Shown here in pieces: positions 1 through 9,835 of a stretch of DNA of 64,000 nt; the first letter of the stretch is position 1, and every line of letters begins with the position of its first letter. The position numbers and the translations under genes are program-made. Origin of the DNA: an uncultured Desulfatitalea sp. (GTDB taxonomy: Bacteria; Desulfobacterota; Desulfobacteria; Desulfobacterales; Desulfosarcinaceae); NCBI GenBank assembly GCA_963668675.2, contig CAXXMB010000001.1, positions 32,001 to 96,000 on the forward strand, written 5' to 3'. The notes below the pieces were generated by a model. The model was given only the letters and a program-made list of their open reading frames with translations. It did not search any database and was not told where the DNA came from.

Positions 1-902
1 CGCAAGTGGTTGTAGTCGAGGCCTGCCATGGCCAGGATGATGCCGGTATTGACATAGGGCAGCGCCCCCTCGATCGAGTAGCCGCCTTCGAGAACGGCGA
101 TATCGGCCTGGAGCAGGTCGGTCAACTCGGCGTAACCGCGCGCCGAAAAGTTCATATTGGTGATCGGATCGGAGTAGTGGTTGTCCTGCCCCGCGGAGTT
201 GATGATCAGATCGGGTTTGAAATCGTCCAATATGGGCAACACCATCTCTTTGATCGTGTAGAGAAACCCTTCGTCCGAGGTTTGGGGGGGCAGGGGGATG
301 TTGACCGTCGTTCCCACGGCATTGGGGCCGCCAAGCTCATCGAGAAAGCCAGAGCCGGGATAGAGGGTGCGGCCGTCCTGGTGCAAAGAGATGAAGAGGG
401 TGTCGGGATCGTGCCAGTAGATGTCCTGGGTGCCGTCACCGTGGTGGCAGTCGGTGTCCACGATGGCCACCCGGTCGATGCCGTAAGCCCTGCGCAGGTA
501 TTCGACCATGATGGCTTCGATGTTGACGTTGCAGAACCCTCTGGCGCCGTGAACCACCCGGTTGGCATGGTGGCCCGGAGGCCTGACCAGTGCAAAACCG
601 CGTTCCACCTTGCCGTCCATGCGCGCCATGCCGATGGTTTTTGCGCCGCCGGCGCTGATGAAGTGGGACTCGGTCATGACGGTCCACGGGTCCGGCACGC
701 AGAAATGGACCCGCTGAACATCCTTGATTGTCACCAGGTCGGGCTTGTACTCCGTGATGCCCTCTATGTCCAGCAACCCCTCTTCGAACACTTGATCCTG
801 GGTGTAGAGCAACCGCTCCTCACGCTCCGGATGAGACGGGCTGATGGCCCAGTCAAAGGCCGGAAAGAAGACGAGCCCGGTTTTTTTCTTGGCTTTCAGC
901 AT
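1..902 (-). CDS. Histone deacetylase/AcuC family Zn-dependent deacylase (3' end runs off the window)
   Basis: Not in the ORF track because it is open at the window edge. Manual minus-strand translation from the ATG at 902 gives MLKAKKKTGLVFFPAFDWAISPSHPEREERL..., with the HDAC motifs RPPGHHA, GFCNVN, DTDCHHGDGTQDI and LEGGY. RBS-like CAGGTGGA upstream. Confidence 0.9.
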   Translation of the reverse strand, partial: MLKAKKKTGLVFFPAFDWAISPSHPEREERLLYTQDQVFEEGLLDIEGITEYKPDLVTIKDVQRVHFCVPDPWTVMTESHFISAGGAKTIGMARMDGKVERGFALVRPPGHHANRVVHGARGFCNVNIEAIMVEYLRRAYGIDRVAIVDTDCHHGDGTQDIYWHDPDTLFISLHQDGRTLYPGSGFLDELGGPNAVGTTVNIPLPPQTSDEGFLYTIKEMVLPILDDFKPDLIINSAGQDNHYSDPITNMNFSARGYAELTDLLQADIAVLEGGYSIEGALPYVNTGIILAMAGLDYNHL

Positions 903-957
903 GATGTCCACCTGTATATTCTCCGGATTCGACGATCGATCTGAAGAATTTTAAAGA

Positions 958-1093
958 AGTATGAAAGCGAAAAGTATGAAAGTAGGAAAGTTAAGGTATT
1001 CTATCTGATTTTATCGGTCGAGATTAAATGTATCGATTTTCCAAATGATAGAATTCCTTAGCTTTCATACTTTAAACTTTCCACTTTCATACT
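958..1093. repeat. AT-rich imperfect inverted-repeat intergenic element
   Basis: AGTATGAAAG at 958 and 973, with its reverse complement CTTTCATACT at 1062 and 1084. Inner arms AAGGTATTCTATC / GATAGAATTCCTT. Confidence 0.7.
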
Positions 1094-1098
1094 GTTAT

Positions 1099-2790
1099 TT
1101 ATAAATCCTGCCTTCTCAACTTTCCGGCAATGGGGTCGTATCCCTGGATCAGGCCGGGCTTGATCTGGGCCCGTACCCGTATGTTTTTACCGATGGTGTG
1201 AAAGCCCCTGATCATGTTGAACTGATTGGCCTCAATTATTTCCATCTCAAGGTGGTCCGGATTGGCGCCTCGCTGCAGCGCCTTTTCACTGAGCAGTTCC
1301 AGAGCCATCTGGCGCGCATCCTCCAGGCTGAAGCCTCTTGGTATCTCCCGGCTGGCCAGGTCACCGGCCGCGACGGCCACCTGTTGGGCCGTGTCTGCAA
1401 AGAGCATCACCTCGCAGGTGGTGCGTGCCAGGGCGCATCCCACGGCATTGGCCACTTGCCAGTGGGGCACCACGGTCACATTGCCTTCGAACATGGTCAT
1501 GAGCTTTTCGGCAAACTGGGGCGCCGGACCTCCCAGAATCATCAGGTGGCGCGGCTTGATCTCGCTGCCTTCCCAAAGCTCATGGACCGTATAGACCGGT
1601 TTGCTGTTCACGCGGTCGATCATCTCCTGCGCACCGGAAAGAATTTGCCGGCAGGCTTGATCGAAAATCTGCAAAGCCGCCTCATCGAGGGAGACGTTCA
1701 TGCGTTTGGCGATGGGTGCCAGGCCTTCGGCGGCACGCTGGCGATCTCCCCCGTTGACCAGCCCCAGCACACTGAACGCGTCCGTCGGTGTCGGTGTCGG
1801 ACCGCCATAGGCCATGGCGCGCCCCTTACGCTCCGGACCGATGGTCAGCACGCCCTCATCTTCATGCACCACACTGTCGCCGCCCACCCCGATGGATTGT
1901 GTGTGCAGAGCGCGGATGAGTGTCTTATAGGGGCCGATTTCGATCCCCAACGGATCCAGCAGTGGGACTCCGTCGATGAGCAGGGCCATGTCCGTGGTGG
2001 TGCCGCCGATATCCAGCACCAGGGTTGCGCCGCTGCTGGGCGCATAGGCCAGCGCCCCCATCACGCTGGCCGAAGGGCCCGAAAGGATGGAGAGGGCGGG
2101 GTCGTCAAACGACGAGTCGAAGTTCATGTTCCCGCCGTCCGGCTTGAGAATGCGAATCGGCACATCGAGACCCTTTTTCACCAGGGATTGTTTGACCGCT
2201 TGGAAAAACTCTTTGTGGACCGGATAGACGGCGGCGTTAAGATAGGTGGTGGCGATGCGTCGGGGGAAATTGAGGCTGCCCGAGAGTTGATGCCCCAGAA
2301 AGACGCGTTCGAAGTGGGGGGAGATCAGTTGGGCGATCCGCTTTTCATGCTCCGGATTATGCACCGAAAACTTGGAGGCGACACCTACATGTTGAATGCC
2401 CTTAAGCTTTAACGCCTCCGCCACCATCATGATTTCGAAATCATCGACGGTTTCGATTTCGCGGCCGCGATGGTCCACCGCTCCCCGCACGATATGGTAA
2501 TCTGCATTGGTGCGGAACAATCGCGGGTCGATACCCGGTCCGCCTGAAACGATCATGCCTACCGGCGGCAGCTTGTTTTGCACGATGAGGTTGGCTGCCA
2601 ACGTGGTGCTCAGGACAGCTCTTCTGATCTCCTGCGGGTTGACGCCTTCAGTGACCTTTTCCAGGCCGGTCAATACAGTTTCGAACAGGTGGGTTTCGTC
2701 GGTAGGGACCTTGATTTCCTTCTCGATGCCTTTCTGGCCGATAAGGGCTACATCCGTGTGTGTGCCGCCGACATCCAATCCGATAATCAT
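1099..2790 (-). CDS. Hydantoinase/oxoprolinase family protein
   Basis: 563 aa. N-terminal IGLDVGGTHTD, STT, SILSGPSAS, DIGGTTTD, GVGGDS and PTPTDA motifs typical of the HyuA/oxoprolinase ATPase fold. Confidence 0.9.
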   Translation of the reverse strand: MIIGLDVGGTHTDVALIGQKGIEKEIKVPTDETHLFETVLTGLEKVTEGVNPQEIRRAVLSTTLAANLIVQNKLPPVGMIVSGGPGIDPRLFRTNADYHIVRGAVDHRGREIETVDDFEIMMVAEALKLKGIQHVGVASKFSVHNPEHEKRIAQLISPHFERVFLGHQLSGSLNFPRRIATTYLNAAVYPVHKEFFQAVKQSLVKKGLDVPIRILKPDGGNMNFDSSFDDPALSILSGPSASVMGALAYAPSSGATLVLDIGGTTTDMALLIDGVPLLDPLGIEIGPYKTLIRALHTQSIGVGGDSVVHEDEGVLTIGPERKGRAMAYGGPTPTPTDAFSVLGLVNGGDRQRAAEGLAPIAKRMNVSLDEAALQIFDQACRQILSGAQEMIDRVNSKPVYTVHELWEGSEIKPRHLMILGGPAPQFAEKLMTMFEGNVTVVPHWQVANAVGCALARTTCEVMLFADTAQQVAVAAGDLASREIPRGFSLEDARQMALELLSEKALQRGANPDHLEMEIIEANQFNMIRGFHTIGKNIRVRAQIKPGLIQGYDPIAGKLRRQDL

Positions 2791-3044
2791 GGTTTAGTCC
2801 CGGCAACATACAATCCCCGATTGCACCCGGCAGGCGAGCGCACCTTCGCTTTGTCAATGGATTGTATCGTTACCTTAATATCTAAGGTGTTTTTGTTTAT
2901 CGAGCTACAGGACGCCTCAACGCTTCCTGCCAAGCTATCCAAAAGACTGCCAAAAGTCAAATTTTCCTTTATTCTTGACTCCTTCGCGGCAGATGGGCTA
3001 TCAGAAACGGTTTACACAATGGTTGTTCAGATTGGAAAAATGAG

Positions 3045-4301
3045 ATGATTCAACTCATACGCGGGTTCAAAGATATCCTGCCGGGTGAAACGGCGCTTTG
3101 GCAGCACATCGAAAAGACGGCCACGGCCCTCTTTTCGGCTTTTGGTTTCGGGGAGATCCGTCTCCCCATTATGGAGAAGACCGAACTGTTCGCCCGCAGC
3201 ATCGGGGAAGACACGGACATCGTCGAAAAGGAGATGTACACCTTCACCGACCGCGGAGGCGACCAGCTTACACTGCGCCCGGAGGCAACGGCATCCCTGG
3301 TGCGATCCTACATCCAGCACAAGATGTACGCCGATGACCCGGTGCGCAGGTTCTACACCATCGGCCCCATGTTTCGGCGGGAGCGACCCCAGAAAGGGCG
3401 CTACCGGCAGTTTTACCAAATCAACGTGGAGGCCTTCGGCATAGAAGGGCCTTTCATCGACGCCCAGATGATCTATATGCTCAACACGCTGTTCGAACAG
3501 CTGGGCGTGCATGGAACCCAGGCGCACGTCAACTCGCTGGGATGCCCCGAGTGCCGCCCCAAATTCAGAGACGCACTGCTGGCGCTGTTGGATGGGGCGG
3601 AAGATCAGCTTTGCAGCGATTGCCGGCGGCGCAAAGCACGCAACCCGTTGAGGGTGCTGGACTGCAAAGTGCCCGGATGCCGGGAGGCCGTTAAAGGGGC
3701 ACCGGCCATCGTCGATTATTTGTGCGACGACTGCCGCCAGCACTTTGAGGTGGTCAAGCAGATACTGACCAGGAACGATATCCCTTTTGTACTGGACAAG
3801 CGTCTCGTCAGGGGCTTGGACTACTACACCCGCACCACCTTTGAGATTCAGACCACTGCCCTGGGGGCCCAGAGCGCCGTCGCCGGTGGCGGCCGATACG
3901 ATGGTCTGGTGAAGGCCCTGGGCGGCCCCGCTACCCCGGGAATCGGATTTGCCATCGGATTCGATCGTCTGGTCGAGATCCTCGCTCAGCAGCGCGATAT
4001 CCAGGCTCCCAATCCGCAGCTTTTTATTGCGGCGCTGGGTGACAAGGCCAGGGAGATGGCTTTCCAGTGGACGCTGGCCCTGGCAAAAGGCGGCCTCCAC
4101 GTCGATATGGAACACGCAAACAAGAGTCTCAAGGCGCAGATGAAGCGGGCCAATCGACTCAAGGCCGCCCATGTGCTCATCGTCGGTGAGGATGAGTTGG
4201 CGGCCGGCAAAGGCGTTTTACGCGATATGGCCACCAAAAAGCAGATCGATCTGTCCATCGATAACATCATCGAAACGTTGCAGCAACGGCTGTTGGCATA
4301 G
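3045..4301 (+). CDS. hisS: Histidine--tRNA ligase
   Basis: RGFKD, LRPEATAS, GPMFRRERPQKGRYRQFYQ, LVRGLDYY and GGGRYDGL motifs. Confidence 0.98.
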   Translation: MIQLIRGFKDILPGETALWQHIEKTATALFSAFGFGEIRLPIMEKTELFARSIGEDTDIVEKEMYTFTDRGGDQLTLRPEATASLVRSYIQHKMYADDPVRRFYTIGPMFRRERPQKGRYRQFYQINVEAFGIEGPFIDAQMIYMLNTLFEQLGVHGTQAHVNSLGCPECRPKFRDALLALLDGAEDQLCSDCRRRKARNPLRVLDCKVPGCREAVKGAPAIVDYLCDDCRQHFEVVKQILTRNDIPFVLDKRLVRGLDYYTRTTFEIQTTALGAQSAVAGGGRYDGLVKALGGPATPGIGFAIGFDRLVEILAQQRDIQAPNPQLFIAALGDKAREMAFQWTLALAKGGLHVDMEHANKSLKAQMKRANRLKAAHVLIVGEDELAAGKGVLRDMATKKQIDLSIDNIIETLQQRLLA

Positions 4302-4408
4302 CGCTTTCGAACCGAACCGCCAGTGACCGTTGAGGCTTTAACAGACGATATGATCCGGGAGTGTTACCACCCGGGATATTAAAATTGACAAAACAAGGAG
4401 AAGGGCAA

Positions 4409-6199
4409 TTGGCTGACCTGCTAGGCGACATGCGACGCACCCACCATTGCAACCAATTGGGCGCAGAAAATGTGGGAATGGAAGTCGTATTGATGGGTTG
4501 GGTACAGCGCCGCAGGGATCACGGCGGCGTTATTTTTGTGGATTTGCGTGACCGCGAGGGGCTCACCCAGGTGGTTTTCAATCCGGGGGTCAGCAACGAT
4601 GTCCATGCCAAAGCGCATGGGTTGCGCAGCGAGTTCGTGATCGGTGTCCGCGGTCGTGTGGCGCCTCGGCCCGATGGCATGGTCAACGCCAACCTCACCA
4701 CCGGCGCCATCGAGGTGATGGTCACCGAGCTGCGCATCTTCAACGAAGCGGCAACGCCACCGTTTCTCATCGAAGAAGATACCGACGTGTCCGAAGCGAT
4801 TCGTCTGACCCACCGCCACCTGGACTTGCGCCGGCCCCAGTTGCAAAAGAACATCATTTTGCGGCACAAAGCCGCTGCCGCCGTCCGCCAATACCTCAAC
4901 GGGAATGGGTTCCTTGACATCGAAACGCCGGTGCTGACCCGCAGCACGCCCGAAGGGGCCCGCGACTACCTGGTGCCCAGCCGCGTCAATCCCGGACAGT
5001 TCTATGCGCTGCCGCAGTCACCCCAGATATTCAAGCAGCTGCTTATGGTGGCCGGCTACGAACGCTACTATCAGATCGTGCGCTGCTTTCGAGATGAAGA
5101 TCTGCGCGCCGACCGCCAGCCCGAGTTTACCCAGATCGATATGGAGATGTCCTTCGTGGGCGAGGAGGATATCATGGCCATCTCCGAAGGCTTGATCGCC
5201 TATGTCTTCCAGGAGGTGATGGGAATATCCCAGACCATACCCTTCGACCGCCTGACCTACGCTGAAGCGGTGGATCGCTACGGACTGGACAAGCCCGACA
5301 CACGCTTCGATATGGAACTCAAGGAAATTTCCGATATCGTCGAAGGCTCGGGCTTCAAAGTCTTTGCCGACGTGGTCAAAAAGGGCGGCATCGTCAAGGC
5401 CCTCAATGCAAAGGGATGCGTCGATTTCTCCAGAAAAGAGATCGACGATCTGACCAAATTCGTGGCCGTCTATAAAGCCAAGGGGCTGGCCTGGATCAAG
5501 GTTCGCGAAAATGAGTGGCAATCCCCCATCGCTAAATTTTTCACCGATGAAGAGAAGGCCAAACTGGCAGAGCGCATCGACATGCAGCCCGGTGACTTGA
5601 TCTTCTTCATGGCCGACAAACCAGCCATTGCCAACGAGGCCCTGGGACAGCTGCGCAACCATCTGGGCCAGCGCCTCAACTTGATCGATCCCGAGGCGTT
5701 CAATTTCTTATGGGTCACCCATTTTCCCATGTTCGAGTGGGACGAGACCGAGAAGCGCCACCAGGCCCTGCACCACCCCTTTACCGCTCCCTTGGAAGAG
5801 GACTACAGCCTGTTGGAAAAAGATCCCACAGCCGTGCGCTCGCGCGCCTACGACCTGGTCCTGAACGGATTCGAAATCGGCGGCGGCAGCATCCGTATCC
5901 ACGACATGGATCTGCAGTCCAAGGTGTTCAAGATTCTCGGCATGGACAAGGAGACCTACCAGGGCAAATTCGGTTTCCTGCTCGATGCCCTGCAATCCGG
6001 CGCACCACCCCACGGCGGCCTGGCCTTCGGTTTCGATCGCCTCGTGATGCTCCTGTGCGGCGAGAGCTCCATCAGGGACGTGATCGCTTTTCCCAAAACC
6101 CAAAAGGCCGCCTGCCTGCTCACCGGCGCGCCTTCGGATGCAAGCCAGCCCCAATTGGATGAGCTGTCGCTTCGCATCAAAGCCACGGCCAAGGTGTAG
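4409..6199 (+). CDS. aspS: Aspartate--tRNA ligase (probably non-discriminating Asp/Asn)
   Basis: RTHHC, RRRDHGGVIFVDLRD, TPEGARDYLVPSR, LPQSPQ, FRDEDLRADRQPEFTQ and GAPPHGG motifs. TTG start at 4409 chosen from the upstream AAGGAG. Confidence 0.97.
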   Translation: MADLLGDMRRTHHCNQLGAENVGMEVVLMGWVQRRRDHGGVIFVDLRDREGLTQVVFNPGVSNDVHAKAHGLRSEFVIGVRGRVAPRPDGMVNANLTTGAIEVMVTELRIFNEAATPPFLIEEDTDVSEAIRLTHRHLDLRRPQLQKNIILRHKAAAAVRQYLNGNGFLDIETPVLTRSTPEGARDYLVPSRVNPGQFYALPQSPQIFKQLLMVAGYERYYQIVRCFRDEDLRADRQPEFTQIDMEMSFVGEEDIMAISEGLIAYVFQEVMGISQTIPFDRLTYAEAVDRYGLDKPDTRFDMELKEISDIVEGSGFKVFADVVKKGGIVKALNAKGCVDFSRKEIDDLTKFVAVYKAKGLAWIKVRENEWQSPIAKFFTDEEKAKLAERIDMQPGDLIFFMADKPAIANEALGQLRNHLGQRLNLIDPEAFNFLWVTHFPMFEWDETEKRHQALHHPFTAPLEEDYSLLEKDPTAVRSRAYDLVLNGFEIGGGSIRIHDMDLQSKVFKILGMDKETYQGKFGFLLDALQSGAPPHGGLAFGFDRLVMLLCGESSIRDVIAFPKTQKAACLLTGAPSDASQPQLDELSLRIKATAKV

Positions 6200-6619
6200 C
6201 TTCGAAGCAGCGCACTTTGACCTTATGATGTGCTATTACCCTTTCTTTCCACTCTAAGGAGGATGACTGAAAAGAAGCAGAACCGAACCCGCAACGCCGT
6301 CCGATGTGAACCATCTGCGGCCATAATATCCGCGAGGATAGGCTGATTTCCGGCCAGCATATCGCCGCCGCTGCCGGTTCGGGCCCCGTTTGCAAACGCT
6401 TTCCCAACATTGATTTGTTCGCACACCCACTCTTATCGACATTGACCTGACCGCTCTTCTCATCCAGCCGACCGGAAAGCCATCGGGGCGACGAAACCCT
6501 TCAAATGAATCTTTTTACATAACTTCCACCACCCCACCAACCGCCCGCAAAAATCGTTAGGCTTCGGGCTGAGGATGATGTGACCACCGCATCAACCGCA
6601 AGAAAGGAGAGTTACCGAG

Positions 6620-7426
6620 ATGAGGAGAATCATTTTGTTATCTGTATGGGTTGCTTTGATGGCCATTCCGGCCATCGGACTGGCAGACCTCACCCAGAAC
6701 GACCGTTTGATGCAGCGGCCGGAATGGGACGGCGCCGTCATGCAGGGCCCCTGGATCGAAGGTGCGTTGAGCTTCCAGGAGTGGGATAGTGATTTGGGTG
6801 AAGCCACGGTATGGACCTTGGGGCCGACCTTTGTCACATCGTTGCCCAGCAATCGCGATATCGAGCTCGGAGGGCGCGTCGACCTGATGTACTATGATCC
6901 TGACAATTTCGACAGCGAGACGGGTGTCAGCGATATCGACATCTGGGGGAAATACCAGTTCATCAAGACCCCCGAGTACATGCTCTCAGCAGGCCTGCTC
7001 CTCACCCTGCCCACCGGGTCGAAAGAGATTGTCCATCCTCACGCTTCAGGCGAGGTCAATTTCGAGGGTTTTGCCGCCGGTCGTTACCGGGTAGACAGCC
7101 AAATGGCGCTCATTGCACACGTGGCATTGCGCAAAAACAGCGACATGGATGTGGAGATCAACAGCGTCGAAGTGGAAATCGAGGGTGAAATGCAGATCGC
7201 CGTGGGCGGCGGTGTCATTTACGAAGTAACGCCCGACTTGAACCTTCAGGGGGAACTCAACGCAGCCACCGAAGCATACGACGAGTACGACAACGACATT
7301 CAACTTCGGTTTGGGGCCGACTATCAAGTGACACCCGATCTTATGCTCAGGGGCGGGACCGCCATCGGACTGGACGAAGGAGCACCAGAATGGGAATTGA
7401 CATTTCGATGTGCCTACCTCTTCTGA
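6620..7426 (+). CDS. Putative outer-membrane beta-barrel/transporter-like protein
   Basis: N-terminal signal peptide, alternating beta-strand pattern, G-x-SD-x-x-x-x-KY and LPTG motifs, C-terminal Phe, good RBS (AAGGAG). Confidence 0.7.
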   Translation: MRRIILLSVWVALMAIPAIGLADLTQNDRLMQRPEWDGAVMQGPWIEGALSFQEWDSDLGEATVWTLGPTFVTSLPSNRDIELGGRVDLMYYDPDNFDSETGVSDIDIWGKYQFIKTPEYMLSAGLLLTLPTGSKEIVHPHASGEVNFEGFAAGRYRVDSQMALIAHVALRKNSDMDVEINSVEVEIEGEMQIAVGGGVIYEVTPDLNLQGELNAATEAYDEYDNDIQLRFGADYQVTPDLMLRGGTAIGLDEGAPEWELTFRCAYLF

Positions 7427-7441
7427 CCCCAGCGCAAAATA

Positions 7442-7476
7442 TCCCGGCCTATCCGTCATGCACGGATAGGCCGGGA
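7442..7476 (+). terminator. Hairpin after the OM protein gene
   Basis: Perfect 15-bp stem TCCCGGCCTATCCGT / ACGGATAGGCCGGGA. No clear U-tract. Confidence 0.6.
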
Positions 7477-7519
7477 CAATTCAGATGGCTATCGTTGTGT
7501 AAAAACGGCTTAATTTTTC

Positions 7520-7548
7520 TTGACATTCAGGTGCGGCTCTACTAAAAA
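7520..7548 (+). promoter_or_regulatory. sigma70 promoter of tRNA-Asn
   Basis: TTGACA-N17-TAAAAA about 45 bp upstream of the tRNA. Confidence 0.7.
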
Positions 7549-7592
7549 CGCAACTTTCGTAAGGGCGCTGCAGCACAGAGGCGCCGACCCAT

Positions 7593-7668
7593 TCCCCGGT
7601 AGCTCAATCGGCAGAGCGGGTGGCTGTTAACCACTAGGTCGTAAGTTCGAATCTTACCCGGGGAGCCA
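7593..7668 (+). tRNA. tRNA-Asn (GTT)
   Basis: 76-nt cloverleaf: acceptor TCCCCGG/CCGGGGA, D arm GCTC/GAGC, anticodon loop CT-GTT-AA, T arm GTAAG-TTCGAAT-CTTAC, encoded CCA. Confidence 0.98.
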
Positions 7669-7707
7669 ACCAATTAACCTGTATTATCAGGTACTTATAA
7701 GTTTACG

Positions 7708-7741
7708 CAAAACCCCGTGGGATGAAACCCTCGGGGTTTTG
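7708..7741 (+). terminator. Hairpin downstream of tRNA-Asn
   Basis: CAAAACCCCG...CGGGGTTTTG followed by T-rich sequence. Confidence 0.65.
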
Positions 7742-8072
7742 TCGTTTTTGCTGTAATAACGGCTACCTACGTTTTTAATCTTCTTTCCGCGTATTCTCCG
7801 ATTCCCGCGATTTTTTGCCGGGTCTGAGCGCGAATGTGGCACTTGACAGCTCCGGCTGAAAATGCGTTCTCCGAATTCTCCGATTTCTCTTTGATTTGGT
7901 TTCTAATTTAACATCTCGGTGATTTCCAGGAATACGGGACCGTCGGTTTTTTGAAACCCGAAACATAAAAGGTGAAAAGCAGCCATGCATGGCTCTAAAT
8001 CACCCTTCCGAATTGACATGCGTTGGCTTTTCGTGTATTCGTTATTCGCGAATCGCGAAAGGAGAATGGCTG

Positions 8073-8591
8073 ATGATTCTCAAGCCCCAAGATGTTTTTG
8101 TGTTAATTAAATTGATTTCAATTTATCCACATGAGTGGGCTTACAATACCTTGGCTGTTGATTTGGGCATGAGTCCATCCGAAGTGCATGCCGCTGTAAA
8201 GCGCTCTATCAAAGCTGGATTGGCAAATCAGGGTGAGTCCCAAATTAAACCCAATATCAGCAGGCTTGAAGAATTTCTTGTTCATGGCATCCAGTACGTA
8301 TTCGTTCCGGACAGAGGCGAGCTGACGCGCGGACTACCCACCGCTTTTGCGGCTAAGCCTTTGCTCGGAAAAATAGTTATGCCGGATGAGCCCGCGCCTG
8401 TTTGGCCGGACCCGGAAGGTTCTGAACGTGGTCAGGCATTCTCGCCGCTGTATAAATCCGTACCCAAAGCAGCACGGAAAGATGCGATCCTTTATGAATA
8501 CCTGGTGATCGTCGATGCTATTCGAGGCGGTAGAGCCCGAGAGCGGGAGTTGGCGATAAAAGAATTAAAGATGCGATTCAGGCAATGGTGA
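8073..8591 (+). CDS. HTH-containing putative antitoxin (AbiEi-like partner)
   Basis: Start MILKPQD after AAGGAG. N-terminal HTH (LAVDLGMSPSEVHAAVKR). Overlaps the downstream nucleotidyltransferase gene. Confidence 0.7.
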   Translation: MILKPQDVFVLIKLISIYPHEWAYNTLAVDLGMSPSEVHAAVKRSIKAGLANQGESQIKPNISRLEEFLVHGIQYVFVPDRGELTRGLPTAFAAKPLLGKIVMPDEPAPVWPDPEGSERGQAFSPLYKSVPKAARKDAILYEYLVIVDAIRGGRARERELAIKELKMRFRQW

Positions 8592-9289
8592 TAAAAAAAG
8601 ACCACCCCAATATCAAAATCCTTGAATCGGCCATTCAAAAACTTGGCCCGTTGGTCGATGAAATGGTTTTTTTGGGAGGCTGCGCTACCTGCTTGCTTCT
8701 TACCGATCCGGCCACACCGCCCCCCCGTGTAACCTATGATGTTGACGTCATCGTAAAAGCAGCATCTTTGTTGGATTATCACAGGTTGTCTGAAAAACTC
8801 AGAAGGCATAATTTTTCTGAAGACCTGAGTCCTGACGCACTCATATGCCGGTGGCGGTGCGGTGAGACCATTTTGGATGTCATGCCGACGCATTCGGACA
8901 TCCTTGGATTTGGGAATCAATGGTATGCGGCCGCCTACACCGCCGCAATCTCTGTGCCACTGCCTTCCGGCAAACTGATTAGGGTGTTACCAGCGCCATA
9001 CTTTTTGGCCACTAAAATCGATGCCTTCAAAGGGCGGGGTAACCAGGATTTTCTTTTGAGCAAGGATATGGAGGATATCGTAACCATTTTGGATGGAAGA
9101 CCGGAGATCGTCGATGAAATTCAGCAGGTGGCTGACGATTTAAGATCATACCTGTCCGATGCACTCTCAGAACTATTGAACAACAGACGATTTACTGACG
9201 CTCTGCCTGGCCACTTGCCACCTGACAAAGCCAGTCAATCCAGATTGCCGATCATTCTCAAGCGCATTGATTCAATATCGAAGCTTTAG
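8585..9289 (+). CDS. Nucleotidyltransferase, AbiEii/AbiGii-toxin-like
   Basis: VFLGGCAT...R-x-T-x-DVD polymerase-beta-type motif, ATK and D-x-ED motifs. Confidence 0.75.
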   Translation: MVIKKDHPNIKILESAIQKLGPLVDEMVFLGGCATCLLLTDPATPPPRVTYDVDVIVKAASLLDYHRLSEKLRRHNFSEDLSPDALICRWRCGETILDVMPTHSDILGFGNQWYAAAYTAAISVPLPSGKLIRVLPAPYFLATKIDAFKGRGNQDFLLSKDMEDIVTILDGRPEIVDEIQQVADDLRSYLSDALSELLNNRRFTDALPGHLPPDKASQSRLPIILKRIDSISKL

Positions 9290-9413
9290 GGACAAGAATA
9301 GCCGATTAATACCGTTTCCATCTCCAGTAAATTGAGAAAACGATAAAAAAAGATTAAATACGGTATGTTAAGGTTCGGTGGCGTAAACAGAGAATGTTAT
9401 GAAGAGGGTTACA

Positions 9414-9492
9414 CTCGGGGAGCCAAAAATATCAAGGGGTTAGCAACTTACTGCTAACCCCTTTTCTATTCTGTGTGAGAATCCGTGTGAGA
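9414..9492 (+). repeat. att-like site 2: tRNA-Asn 3' fragment plus hairpin/arm
   Basis: CTCGGGGAGCCA versus tRNA CCCGGGGAGCCA, then TATCAAGGGGTTAGCA...TGCTAACCCCTT and two copies of TGTGAGA. Confidence 0.8.
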
Positions 9493-9835
9493 CTTTTTCG
9501 AACCATTTGCTTACATTTAGTATATTGGGAATGTTGAACTGAGAAAGGAACTGTGGTTTGTTTTTCGGAGGTGGCATATGGCCCGGTTGGTTTGGATTAG
9601 ATGCCCAGGCCATTTTACATTTTTTTGTTCAGTGGGATATTCTTAATGTATCGATAGTTGGAGGATATTAGGTCATGTTGTTAGATATCAATACCACCAA
9701 CAAACGAGGTCGATAATGATTTTCTAAATTTATCGATTTGATTTTAAAATTTATCCTTTCGGAAAAGGCCTTTTCAGAAACAGTTACACGATATCTGGAA
9801 CAACTCGGCAAGCTCACGAATGACAGGATGTAACA

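Noticed and set aside
6..944. 312-aa plus-strand ORF and other long antisense ORFs (for example 1198-2412, 3027-4172, 31059-32390, 61954-63009)
   Set aside because: Shadow frames opposite well-supported genes in GC-rich DNA.
6200..6600. Small ORFs or ncRNA between aspS and the OM protein gene
   Set aside because: No properly spaced RBS, recognisable motif or convincing structure.
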